A stretch of 64,000 bases of DNA from Mobula hypostoma (Eukaryota): positions 159,464,001 to 159,528,000 of the forward strand of contig NC_086100.1 of NCBI RefSeq assembly GCF_963921235.1. The letters run 5' to 3'. The notes beneath the pieces are model-generated. The model ran no database searches. It was not told the DNA's origin and worked only from the letters and a program-made list of their open reading frames with translations. This document shows, piece by piece, positions 39,690-51,564 of the stretch. The position numbers and the translations under genes were made by a program. Position 1 is the stretch's first letter, and each line of letters starts with the position of its first letter.

Positions 39690-40460
39690 GACACAAAAGA
39701 AACAACAGATGCTGGAAATTTGGAGCAACATACACAAACTGCTGAAGGAACTCAGGTCAGGCAGCATCTGTGGGGGGAAAATGGACAGTCGGTGTTTCAA
39801 GCCAAGACCCTTCATCAGGAGTGAAAAGGAAGAGGGCAGAAGCCAGAATAAAAGGGTGGTAGGAGAATGAGCTGGCGGGGTGCCATAGCAGAGAAGCAGT
39901 TGGCGCATCGCTTTACAGCACCAGCTATCACCGATTGTGGTTGATTTCCCGCCAGCTGCCTGTAAGGAGTTTGTATATTTTTCCAATGACCCTGTGGGTT
40001 TCTTGTCACATTATAAAAGATGTACAGTTAGAGTGAGTGAGCTTTGGGCATGTTCTGTTGGCGCTGGAAACACGGTGACACTTACAGGCTGTCCGGCATA
40101 ATCTTCACTGATTTGATTTGACAGGAACAAACTTTTCACTGTTTCGATGTATGTGCGACAAATGAGGCTAACGTTTCTTTGATGGGTAAATCCAGGTGGA
40201 AGGGGGAAGTTAAGTAGTTGTGGGGGGGGAGTAGAAATAGTGTAAGAAGCTGCGAAGTGATAGGTGGAAGAAGCAAAGAAATGAAGAAGATAGAATCTGA
40301 TTGGAGAGGAAAGTAGACCATGCAATTAAGGTAAGGAGGTGGAGATTAGAGGGAGGAAGGTGTAGGTGAGGAGCAGGTCATAAGGAAAGAGAAGGGTAAA
40401 AGGGTCATTGGAAGAAGGGAAAATCTAAAAAGGGGAGAGGTTACCAGAAGTTAGAGGAAT
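39690..40460 (-). mobile_element. Penelope-like fragment interrupted by a plus-strand V-SINE (about 39875-40180)
   Basis: Penelope terminus and a hammerhead core at 39786-39822. The purine-rich body resumes after the SINE. Confidence 0.7.
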
Positions 40461-40862
40461 TGAAACAATTCTTTTCCGGTTTAAGATGGACTTGTGAAGC
40501 ACAGTGTTGACTTGCTTGCAGCCATCAAAACTATTAGCTACTTTATTAATCATGCTTTTTCTTGGAAACGATCACTGCAAACCATAGCCTGCAGCTTCCC
40601 TTTCAGAGCTGAGCTTTTGAACCGCCTGTACGACCTGCCATTTTTGTGGTAGAGCTGAAGGTTCTGAAAGGTGCAGAGTGGTTGCAGTGTGGCAGACGCC
40701 AGCCGAGTCAAGGCAGTAGAGCCCAGACCTGAGAACAGGGAATGGCCTTTGCTGGAGTGGACTTGGAGGTGACTCGAAGTGGCAGAACTGAGGTGATGCA
40801 GAGTCGAGGTGGCGGGGCTCAGAGCTGGGAGGGGTAAACAAGCCGATGTTTGACCAATTTAA

Positions 40863-41420
40863 CCGGGGTCCCCAACCTTTGTTGCACTGTGGACTGGTTT
40901 AATAATGACAATATTCTTGAGGACCGGCCAACTGGGGCGGTGGTGGGGGGGGCGGTGTTCAAGTAGGGTTGCCAACTTTCTCACTCCCAAATAAGGGACA
41001 AAAGTAGCAGTCAAATATGGACACTTTGTGTGTTTACCCTGGGAAAGACTACCATGGCTATGAAACCTTGCGCGGGCACCTGTGTGTGCATACATGACGT
41101 GCGCATGCATGTAGGTGCCGATTTTTTTTTTCTACAAATCGGTTTTGGCTTAATCTTCCCGATTCTGTTAAGTGAAACTACACTGTACATACATTATTTC
41201 TACTTTATATAGGCTCTGTATTTATCATATCATTCCTGCTTTTACTATATGTTAGAATTATTTTAGGTTTTGTGTGTTATTTGGTATGGTTTGGTAGGTT
41301 ATTTCAAGTTCAGCAGTGGGCGTGACAGGGAATGAGGAAAGGTGCAGCTGACTCATATTGTTTCCTTGCGGCCTGGTAGCACCTGCTTTGCGGCCCAGTA
41401 CTGGTGGTTGGGGACCACTA
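40863..41420. mobile_element. hAT-like non-autonomous DNA transposon (MITE)
   Basis: Terminal inverted repeats (TIRs) ccggggtccccaacc and ggttggggaccacta are flanked on both sides by AATTTAA, consistent with a TSD of about 8 bp. Confidence 0.75.
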
Positions 41421-41769
41421 AATTTAAGCGCCAGGTCAGGGTGATGGGCCAGAGGCAAGGGACAGGCCAGTGTTTGGCTCGCTGCTCCAGGAGGTTTACT
41501 CGTCTGGAACGGCTGCAATATTAACTGGCTTCATGGCTCTGGACTCAATTTTGTGAACTTCAGTTCTGAATGCAATTTGCTTACTTTTATTGTCTACACA
41601 ATTTGTTTCTGTTCCTGTACACTGGGTGTTTGACTGACTTCTTTTTTTAAAATGGGTTCTATCAGGTTTCTATGTTTTATGGCTGCCTGTAAGGAGACAA
41701 ATCTCAAGGTTGTATATAGTACACACACTTTGATAATAAATGTACTTTGAACTTGGACTTTGAAAATGA

Positions 41770-42300
41770 AGTCCTTCCAGATGAGGCAGCACTTCACATG
41801 TGAATCCATCAGTGCCATTTATTACATCTAGCGTGGCCTCCTCTATATTAGTGAGATTAGATACTAAGTAGGGAAAATTACTGCACTGAGCACCTTTGCT
41901 CTGTCCGTCATTAAGGGCCAGGATCTCCTAGTGGCCAGCCATTTCAATTCCATTTCCCATTCCCACACTGCAATGTCTGTCCATAGCCCTTCTGCACTGC
42001 CACATTGAGGCCAAATGCAGATGAGAGAAACAACACTCATCTTTTGTGTAGGTGGTTTCCAATTTGATATTAATGTCAACTCTCTAACTTGCAGTGGCAA
42101 ATCCCCTCTGTCCTTCCCCTCCCCACCCCTTGGTTTCCATTTATTCTTCTGGTTCCTTTATCCCTTCTCTTCCTCTTCTTCTGTCCCTCTACCTACCTAA
42201 ATCACAACCCTCCCCGCAACCTATCACTTAATAGGTTGTCTCCTCTCTCCCCCATACTTTCATTCTGGGTTCAGCCCTCTTTCTTTCCACTCCTAATGTC
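41770..42300 (+). mobile_element. Penelope-like GIY-YIG endonuclease remnant
   Basis: Decayed FQMRQHFTCES..AIYYI..GLLYISE and VASHFNS.SHSH motifs. Confidence 0.7.
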
Positions 42301-45059
42301 GTAATTCAATCATATAATTCATTACTGTGTTGTTCCACTTATCCTGTGGCAGAGCACAGGGCAACAAATGGTACAGCCTAAATAATTCAATGTCTGCAGT
42401 TGCTTATTTCCAAACCCTCAGTCAAGAAACAAGTGACATGGATAAGGCTGTAACAATGCCACCATGCTAACTTGTCTACTGCTGAGTAGAGAAAGAAAAT
42501 TCATGCAGTGCCATTCAAAACACTGGTGACGCACTTAAATACATTTGAATGATAATTACCATTGCAATGCAGAATACACAGCAGCCAATTGTGCATAGCA
42601 AGCTCCCAGAGGCAGCAGCAGAGTAAATCTACATTGTCTCGTGTTCATGGGCTGCTCAGCAATCTGAATACTGTAAATGTTGATCCATACAATCTCTTTG
42701 GAGAAGCTCAAAGACTCACCAAGGACACCCAAAGCTCACTTTTCCTTTTGTAATGTAGCATCTTCAGTATTTTGCTTTCTTCCCACACTTTCAAGAATGA
42801 AAAAAATATCTGACCCTTAAAGGCTGTCGGCAAAACTTAAAACTCCTGGTAATAAATTCCATTCCGACTGGGTTTGAGGATGTGGATAAGTAGCATCATC
42901 TGCACACCAATTTGTACCTGAAAAGGTACTTGCAGGAGGCAAATTTAATTGTCTCTTAGCAACACACACACAAAATGCTGGAGAAATTCAGCAGCTGAGG
43001 CAGCATCTATGGAAATGAATAAACAGTTGACATTTCAGGCTAAGACCCTTCAGGACTGGAAAGGAAAGGTGTCTCTCCACATCCCCCCCCCCCACCACAA
43101 TTTCTTTCCAACATCTGCAGAATCTTTTGTGTTAATTATCTCTTAAACTGGCCGGTTCATTAACAATTGACATCCTACCTAGAAGTGCATTTAATAATTG
43201 AAACTGGTCACTGGGAGTATTGCAGATAGGCAGTTGTTTATCCAATTTACATGCTACAGATGTCAGCACAATAGAAAATTATTCTGGGTGTAAAACTGAC
43301 TACTGATTGACTAGCACTACATCCCTTTATCAATGGCAGCTCTTGCTCATATTTATTCATCATTGAGTTTAAGACAATTCTTCCAAAGGCATTTTACAGA
43401 AAAAAATTGCCTCTTTTAAAACTTGGATAAGAGCTTATTGTCTGCTTACATTACACTTTCTCTGTAACTGAAATGAATAACTGTAACTTATTCTACATTA
43501 TTATTGCTTTGCCTTGTGCTACCTCAATGCACTCTTGTAATGAAAGGATCTTCATGGATGGCATGCAAAGATTTCCACTGTGACAATTATAAACTAATTT
43601 ACCAATTTAATGCAGAAATGGTGTAGTCACTTTAGATCCAGCAAGATCCCTGCATCAGTAGCGTCCTGGTGCTGGGTTTTGACCCAAAATAGCTACATCT
43701 CCTTTTCTCCCACAGAGATGCTGTTCAGCCTGCTGAGTTCCTCCAGCAGACTGTTTGCTACTTGAAGTCCTACAATTGTTAGCAGGTTAATTGGCTGCTG
43801 TAAATCATCCCTACTGTGTAGGGAAGAATCCGGGAAGAGTAGATCAGGGTGTAGGAGAATAAAAAGGATTAGTGTAAGATCCGCTGTAGGAACCATTTCT
43901 ACCGACAGGAGAAGGGGCAAAGGCGGGTTACTGGTGCCTTAAAACCAGTCGCTTCAGGAAGATGGGGCTCGTCAACTAGTTGGCAGCTCATCTAGGAGAA
44001 GGAAAAGTCTGTTCTCAAACCTCCGCTGCCTTGCAGCTACACCCACTCATATCGAATTGTTGATTGAACAATTTTTGTTGGACTCCAGATCATGGTCTCT
44101 GTTGGGGGCTTTGCTATTGCTTACTTGGTGGGTGCTGGAACTTTCTGCGGAAATAAGTGGGGGGGTGAGGGGGGAGGGTTGATGCTCTGCTGCTTGTGCA
44201 TGGGAGGGGGAGCAGGGGCTTTGGGGTTCTAATGTTTTACTGTCATTCTCTGGAGTTCTGTTTTTGTGGATGTCTGCGAAGAGCAAGAATTTCAGGCTGT
44301 ATACTGTATACATTCTGTGTTATTAAATGGAACCAGTGAATCACTGATATTGATTGCAAAGTAAGTCTTGGCTGGGGTACCAGACACTCCTTCAAATTGT
44401 GTAATGGGCTCTTCCACTTTCTTCTGGAGGGGTATTATACTTAGAACTTATTTCATCAGTGGTTTAGTGATCTTGGCATAAGAGATTATGGAAGTTGTTA
44501 TGCAATTCAATTCTCCCTTTCTCAAACAGACCTTATAACATTAGCTCAGGCTTATTGAAATAAAAGTGCTCCTTAGATCACAAATCAATTGAGGTTGATA
44601 TGCCAGAGTCTACGTTCTCTGACTGGGGTTATCCAGAGGAGGTGTTCCTTCTAGTTTGGATTCAATTAAAGACTTAGTCCAAGAATAAACTACCTTCTGG
44701 TTTGCTTCAGATGGCAATCTAAGCTCGAATGCCAAAGTAGTGTGGATTACAGGCAGAAGATATTCAGTCACTGTATGTACGCTGCCCTTTTGACAGTTAT
44801 CTAATTGGCACCAATCCCCTACTCTTTCATCATGGCCGTGCAGTTTACTTCCACCTTTTAAATTCAAAACTAATTCCCTTCTGAATATCCTTTCAAGCAG
44901 ATCATAACAACGAGCTCATACAATTTCTCCACAGTACTCTTTACAGAAAACTCCCGATATAGAGTACTTTATCTTCCAAAGAATACAACTGCACGTCACC
45001 CATCATTGGTAACCCATTCCTATTAATATTCTATAAGTTATATGGCAAGGTAAGTTCTT

Positions 45060-45465
45060 TATAATGTAGAAGATTGAGAAGAGATTTGACAGAGGTATAC
45101 AACATTATGAAGGGTATAGATAGGGTAAATGCATGCAGGCTTTTTCCACTGAGGTTGGGTGGGGCTACAACTAGAGGTTATGGGTTAAGGATGAAAGGTG
45201 CGAAGTTTAAGGGGAACATAAAGGGAAACTTCTTCACTCACGAGGGTCCTGAAAATGTGGGATGAGCTGCCAGCACAAGTGGTACATGCAAGCTAGATTT
45301 CAATGTTTAAGAGAAGTTTGGATAGGTACATGGACACCAGGGATATGGAGGGCTATGGTTCCGGTACATGTTGATGGGAGTAGGTAGTTTAAATGGATTC
45401 GGCATGGAGTAGATAGGCCGAAGGACTTGTTTCTGTGTTGTACTTTTCTATGTCTCTATAACTCA
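45060..45465 (+). mobile_element. CR1 3' fragment
   Basis: ORF 45074-45265 reads LRRDLTEVYNIMKGIDRV. Confidence 0.8.
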
Positions 45466-46506
45466 GTCTGGTAACACTCTGAATCCTGGCCAATGCTTTC
45501 CTGCCCTTCCTTCAGTGTAGTGTTCCAAATTAGCCAAAAAAATCCTGAGATTGGACTTAACCAGCAAATTACAATTTTTAGTCCAACTCCTGTGCTTTCA
45601 TGCCAATGAAAAATACTACTAGAAATCCAAAATAAAACAAAAATTACTGCAACTATTCATGTGGTCAGGTAACATTGCGAGAATGGAAACATGGTTTGTG
45701 GTCTATCAGGACATTTGATATTTGTTCATTATGCCTCCATAGAGCAGAATCTTAGTGACACAGCTTGTGGTGACCTCTAGTAATCTTGTTTATAGAACTG
45801 ACACAATCATTACTCACCAAAGTCAGCTTAATGTGATCGTATGAATCCCCATCACAGAAAGCACTCTCTTTTCTGAAAAGCAAAAGAAAATCCCATTTAA
45901 TATCACTGAATAAAGGCAGGGGAAGGCCACATGGCCCTTCATTCCTACTCTGCGATTCAATACAATCCACTACTTCTTTACCCAATCCCTGTACCTTTCC
46001 ATTCTGTAAGTGGTCAAAATTCCTAGTGCTCTCAGTCTTGAATATCTTCAGTGACTGGTGCTGTGCAAGTTGATGCCATGAAGCCAACAACAGAAGATTA
46101 ACATTGGATGACAATTTTTTTAAAAAAATAGCACTATCTTTTACATAAAGTTGGTAGAAATTATTTTATTGTACTGGACAGACAATAAAATGGCTATAAT
46201 ACCAGGGTTCTCACAGATATCTCGATGACAGTGAAGAACAATTTGGGCAATTCTGAGCTGGTGTCATGGTCTTGAAAGTTCAAGTTCTTGAAGGCTCAGA
46301 GGACATAGTACCTGGAACAGTACAGCACTAGACAGACCATATGGCCCACAAAGTTGTGTCAATCTTGATGCCAATTTGTACTAAATATCCTCCCCCTGTA
46401 TATTATCCACATCCCACCATTCCCTTCATATTCAATTGTCTACCTAACAGCATCTTAAACTACCCCACTGTTATCACTTGAAGCTTGTTGATGAGTTTGG
46501 ATGGGG

Positions 46507-47535
46507 TCATCATCATAGCTTGTCACACCAGACAGCCAGCCACTCTCGTGCTGTTTGGTTGATGTTAAGCAGGACAGTGTCAGCTAAATCAGATGAGAGT
46601 GGGCAGTTGCGCAGAACGTGTTCAATGTTCTGCACCCTTTCACCACACTCACAGGATTCCCTGGTCTTTAAACCTGACTTCATCATATTGTCTCCCGTCC
46701 TACAAACTCCCGCTCTCGCTCTGTTGAGAGTGCACCACTTTCGTCTGTCAAGCAGTGCCCCGTCTGGCAACATTTCTGTGGGGTCCTGCACTGCATTGTT
46801 TGGTGGGGTTCTGGCTTCTGTTTGTTGCCAGAGGTCACTCCTGTATGTTTGGGGGGATGTTACGTGCAGTAGTTCCTCCACTGTAGCAGAACTTTTCCTC
46901 GATTTTAGGTGGTTGGAAACTGGCACATGATGATGTAGTGGGTGCCGTGGATACAAGTTCTGTTTACCTTTTTCAATTTTTGTTGTAGTGTGTCTTCCGA
47001 TCTCTGGGGGAGCAATGCCTGCAAGTCTGTAAATGATGTTAGTGGGTGTGAGGCACAGTGTGCCCGTGATTATTCGGCAGGCTTCGTTAAGCAACAGGTC
47101 TAATTTCTTTGCATGGGCTGATCTGCCCCACACAGGTGCACAGTATTCTGCAGGTGCGTAGCAGAGTGCTAGGGCAGTTGATCTAAGTGTGTGAGCATTA
47201 GCTCCCCATTTCGTGCCTGCTAATTTTTTCAAAAGAGAATTGCGAGAGCCAACTTTCTCTCAGATTTTTTGGATGTGGGTGGCAAATGAGAGCGTCCTAT
47301 CCAGTGTCACGCACAGGTAAATTGGAGTTGGATAGTGCTTGAGCTCCTTCCCACACCAGAAAATCTTGAGTTTCCGAGCTACTTCTCGATTCCTCAGGTG
47401 GAATGCACACACTTGAGTTTTTGATGGATTTAGGTTCAGAGACCATTTTTCATAATACTGCTTCATTGCTTCGAGAACTGCCGTAAGTCGTACTTCAACT
47501 TCTTGGAAGGAGTTAGCTTGTGTTGCTATGCATAT
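46507..47535 (-). mobile_element. 5'-truncated Vingi/Ingi-like (I-group) non-LTR retrotransposon
   Basis: The C-terminal RT region (YLCVTLDRTLSF; KLAGTKWGA..LRSTALALCY..AEYCAPVW) is followed directly by a CCHC finger (CECGE..QNIEHVL.NCP) with no RNase H. The element ends in (TGA)3. Confidence 0.8.
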
Positions 47536-47610
47536 GATTGTGTTGTACAGTGAGCTGTAATTGACAATGTATTAGTTCCTGTTGTTCAGATGGTCCAGAG
47601 CAGAGTCAAG

Positions 47611-49116
47611 TGCCACAAGGGGTGCTGGGAACAGACCCAAATGCAAGACACAGACACTGAAGTACAAGGAACAGGACTTGACTAGAGTAGGGACGTGACA
47701 GGATTCAAGCAAGGAGCAGGGACAAGAGCGCAGACTTGGGCTAGGGAAAGCGGGACCAGGACTATGTACCATGGACTAGGAGACAAGGCTTGGACTCTGA
47801 GCCCGAGACTGGACAAGGACCCAGAACCTGGGTCTTGCCTCGGGCTTGGAACCGGAACCAGGCAAGGACATGACATGGCTTCAGGACAGGATGTGGCTGG
47901 GGTCTAGAGGCCTGAGTTTGGAGACAGGCTGGGGTCATAGTTCTTGAGGCTTGAGGCTGGGGTCTTGGGTCTTGAGCTTGGCTTGGGATCCTTGAGGCTT
48001 GGGGTCTCGGGTCTTGAGCTTGGCTGCGGGATCCTCGAGGCTTGGGTTCTTGAGTCTTAAGCTTGGCTGCGGGATCCTCGAGGCTTGGGTTCTTGAGTCT
48101 TGAGCTTGGCTGCGGAATCGTCGAGGCTTGGGTTCTTGGAGCTTGGCTGCGGAATCGTCGAGGCTTGGGTTCTTGGAGCTTGGCTGCGGAATCGTCGATG
48201 CTTGGGTTCTTGGAGCTTGGCTGCAGGATCTTTGTCTTGAAATGCGGAGGCTGATAACTCGGAGACTGGAGCTGAGAGACAGACTGGGAACTGCACATCA
48301 ACATAGAGCTGGGACTTATCCTTCGACAAGCCAGGACGCATCTTTAACACAACACAAACATGTGATAGGATAGAACATAGGCATAGAGCCGGGACTTATC
48401 CTACAACAAGCTAGGACTCAACTTCATCTGCACATCAAGGTGGGACAGGTCTCTCTGTCAGGTAACGGCAGAACGGCCGGACTTACCCGACAGAGGCAAG
48501 GACAAGACAAGACAGGTCCCCCCTGCAGGGCAACGGCAAATCGGCCTGGCTTACCCCATGGAGGTGAGGACAAGACAAGACAGGTCCCCCCGCAGGGCAA
48601 CAGCAAAATGGCCTGGCTTACCCCACAGAGGCGAGGACAAGAAGAGACAAACACCAGAGAACAACAGACAGTTCCATCTCTGCTCAGGGGAAGCTCCGAG
48701 TCTCAGTTCGGCCAGCAACCTCAGCTGGCTACGGAAACAGCCGGATCCCTACCTAGCTCGGAGTGGCTGGGAGCCACTCAGCTGGCCCGGGAAACAGCCG
48801 AATCCATACCACAAAGACTACTCCAACAAATGGCAACAAGGCTCCATGAAGCGGTGGTCCTACAACCAGGTCTAGAGATCACGAATGATTTCACTAGCCT
48901 TCCATTAGCAAGTTGCTCCAAGGGGGACTGACAAGACAAACCAGCCACCCACACTCAATCCCAAGGCTACTTATATTGCAAGCCCAAAGATGGGAATCAG
49001 GTGCCAATGATTAACTCAAACAAGGGACAGCTGGAAGACCTGGAGTCCTGAGTCCTGAGTCCTGAGTCCTGGAGACCGTGAACTGGAATGCGGACTTCAC
49101 GGACCGGACCATGACA
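47611..49116 (-). mobile_element. Solo LTR (Ty3/Gypsy-like) with internal minisatellites
   Basis: TG...CA termini (TGTCATG...GTGGCA on the minus strand) and a perfect 5-bp TSD TCAAG at 47606-47610 and 49117-49121. A TATA-like ATATAA lies at about 48972-48977. Confidence 0.8.
47950..48230. repeat. Minisatellite of about 36-43-bp units (GAGCTTGGCTGCGG.ATC.TCGAGGCTTGGGTTCTTG)
   Basis: About 7 imperfect tandem units are directly visible. Confidence 0.85.
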
Positions 49117-49959
49117 TCAAGAGCCAGAGAAGTTGCATCTGCTGTTGACCCTTTGTCATAGTAGGCAAATTAGAACAGATGCAGGTCATCTCTGAGGCAA
49201 GAATTTATTTCTGCCATAACCAACTACGTGAAGAACTTCATTGAAGTTGACGTAAGTGCTTCATTTTTGAAGCAGGTGGAAACCTTAGACTAGAGAAGCA
49301 GAAGGCTGAAAATGTTGACAAATACTCCAGCAAATTGGTCTTCACAGATCTTTAGTACTCGGCCAGGTACACCATCTGTCTCAGATGCCTTTCGTGAATT
49401 CATCCTCTCGAAGGATGCCTAGACCTTGGCCTCAGAGACTGCAGTTAAAGGGTCATCCGGAAATTTATGGGTTTGTCATAATTCTCCTTATCAATGTGTG
49501 CATAAGAGGCATAGAGCATATCTGACTGATGAGTTGCTACTACTAATACTACCCAATCATGCCTTATAGTAAGTTGTAATGTGCAAGTGTTGCCACAGCT
49601 ATCAAGTGCATGCCCCTCTATGAATAAATTTGCCTCTTTCTTCCACATTGGTCTTCCAAAGGTCACATTTGGATTTCTACAACTCTTGGTCGCCATCCCT
49701 AAATGCAGTACAATGCAAAACATGATAATGTAGAAAAAAACTTGAATTACAGCAAATAGATATATATATACACATATAAAATAGTTAAATTAAATAAGTA
49801 GTGCAATAACAGAAATAAAAAAGTAGTGAGGTAGTGTTCATGGGCTCAATGTCCATTCAGAAATCAGACGGCAGAAGGGAAGAAGCTATTCCTGAATCAC
49901 TGAGTGTGTGCCTTCAGGCTTCTGTACCTCCGTCCTGATGATAACAATGAGAAGAGGGA

Positions 49960-50240
49960 TGGTGCGAAAAATAAAAACCATCCAGTGAGTGGCAATTCTG
50001 TGGGTGAAAATTCCTAGCAATGACAGAGGTCAGAGAATGGCCAAACTGGTTCAAGCTGACAGGATGGCAACGGTAACTCAAATAGCCACACGATACAGTG
50101 GTGTGCAGAAGAACACCTCTGAATGCACAACATGTCAAACCTTGAAGGGGATGGGCTACAGCAGTAGAAGACCACGGACATACACTCAGTACACCTTTAT
50201 TAGGTGCAAGAGGTACCTAATAAAGTGGCCACTAAGTGTA
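49960..50240 (+). mobile_element. Tc1/mariner transposon remnant
   Basis: GQRMAKLVQADR.ATVTQI.TRY...TLK.MGYSSRRP matches a Tc1 transposase HTH region. The TIR acctaataaagtggccactaagtg ends at a TA. Confidence 0.75.
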
Positions 50241-50244
50241 TGTT

Positions 50245-50553
50245 GGCGCGTGGCCAAGTGGTTAAGGCGTCGGTCTAGTGATCTGAAGGTCACTAGTTTG
50301 AGCCTGAGCTGAGGCAGCGTGTTGTGTCCTTGAGCAAGGCACTTAACCACACATTGCTCTGCAACAACACCGGTGCCAAGCTGTATCGGCCCTAGTGCCC
50401 TTCCCTTGGACAACATTGGTGGCATGGAGAGAGGAGACTTGCAGCATGGGCAACTGCCGGTCTTCCATACAACCTTGCCCAGGCCTGCGCCCTGGAAATC
50501 TTCCAAGGCGCAAATCCATGGTCTCACGAGACTAACGGATGCCTAAAAAAAAA
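50245..50553 (+). mobile_element. Full-length tRNA-derived SINE with a CORE-like domain and poly(A)
   Basis: A box TGGCCAAGTGG, B-box-like GTTTGAGCC, GTGTCCTTGAGCAAGGCACTTAAC and an A9 tail. AAGTGTAT is duplicated at 50234-50241 and 50552-50559. Confidence 0.8.
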
Positions 50554-50700
50554 GTGTATATACCAGTTTGTCAGAATGGCCTCTTTCTACTCTATGCCAT
50601 ACATCCTACCTAAACCTACATTTCTTCCTGAACTTCACATTATTGATAACAAAAATGTCACCATACACACAGAGAATCTCTTTCCCATGCAGACACCTAC

Positions 50701-50804
50701 CGCTCACGTTCAGTCACATCATCTGAGTGAGTCTGGAAAGTCAAGCTGCCCCTGTGTCCTGGGTCTGAAGTCCAGCTTGATGAGACACTGCTGCTTTCCA
50801 TGGG
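50701..50804 (-). CDS. FAM13A: FAM13A exon: PMESSSVSSSWTSDPGHRGSLTFQTHSDDVTERE(R)
   Basis: 104 nt with a good polypyrimidine tract plus CAG and a GTAGGT donor. The phase-0 start matches the upstream exon. It corresponds in position to the NMES...SDER exon, but sequence conservation is weak. Confidence 0.7.
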
Positions 50805-51426
50805 CTGTGGAGCAAGAAGGCAATAAGAATAAGTCACCTGCAACTAAGTTTGTGTAGGGTTTGATGGGGAAGATGTGGAAAGGCTGCTTCTCTGGAACCA
50901 CTTTCTGATCATAAAGGGCAAGCAATTTGGGACTAGGAGTATAGGTGGCTTCACATAAAGGCTTATAGCCTTTGGAATTCTCCACATCAATTGATGAGGC
51001 AGGTAAGTCCTGAGGAACTGAGGGAATCAAGGGACAATGGTTCATGGTGTGAAAGTATTTGATGTATAAAACCAATTTTTGATACTGAATGACAGAACAG
51101 TGTTTTACTCCCACTCCTTTCTCTCTTGCTTTTCTGTACAGTTCTTCGTTGATTGCTTGGGGTTTTAATTTTCTATGAGCAACAGGAAGAATCAAGAACA
51201 ATACTTGATAGTTACTAAATGAATAATGCAGTATTGTGACACTGGTCACTCTTTGCAAAGGCAAGGAAAAACAACTATCACTTCTGCTTAAACCCTACTG
51301 CCACACCTTCCTCCTCTCTTCAAACTTTGTTGAGTGACTACATATGTGTAACTGTGGCCAGAAAACCAATTGGTTGGACAGCTTGTCGACAAACATGAGA
51401 AAATCTGCAGATACTGAAAATCCAAT

Positions 51427-51564
51427 GCAACACATACAAAATGCTGGAGGAACTTAGCAGCTCCGGCAGCATCTATGGAAATGAATAAACATTAACGACT
51501 ATTTATTCATTTCCATAGATGCTGTCTGACCTGCTGAGTTCCTCCAGCATTTTGTATGTGTTGC
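51427..51564. repeat. Foldback inverted repeat made of Penelope termini
   Basis: 63-bp arms, 59/63 complementary, with a 12-nt spacer. Confidence 0.9.

Noticed and set aside
47950-48230. CRISPR-like array
   Set aside because: The units are directly tandem with no unique spacers, the context is eukaryotic, and there are no cas genes.
47762-48931. Repetitive ORFs of 97-180 aa (QEPKPR.. repeats)
   Set aside because: They are by-products of GC-rich minisatellites inside the solo LTR, open on both strands, with no recognisable domain.
50245-50315. tRNA gene
   Set aside because: It is the head of a SINE: it continues into a CORE-like body, poly(A) and TSD, and has no proper acceptor stem.
50719-51264. 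181-aa minus-strand ORF
   Set aside because: It overlaps the FAM13A exon in a different frame and otherwise reads through intron; no motif.
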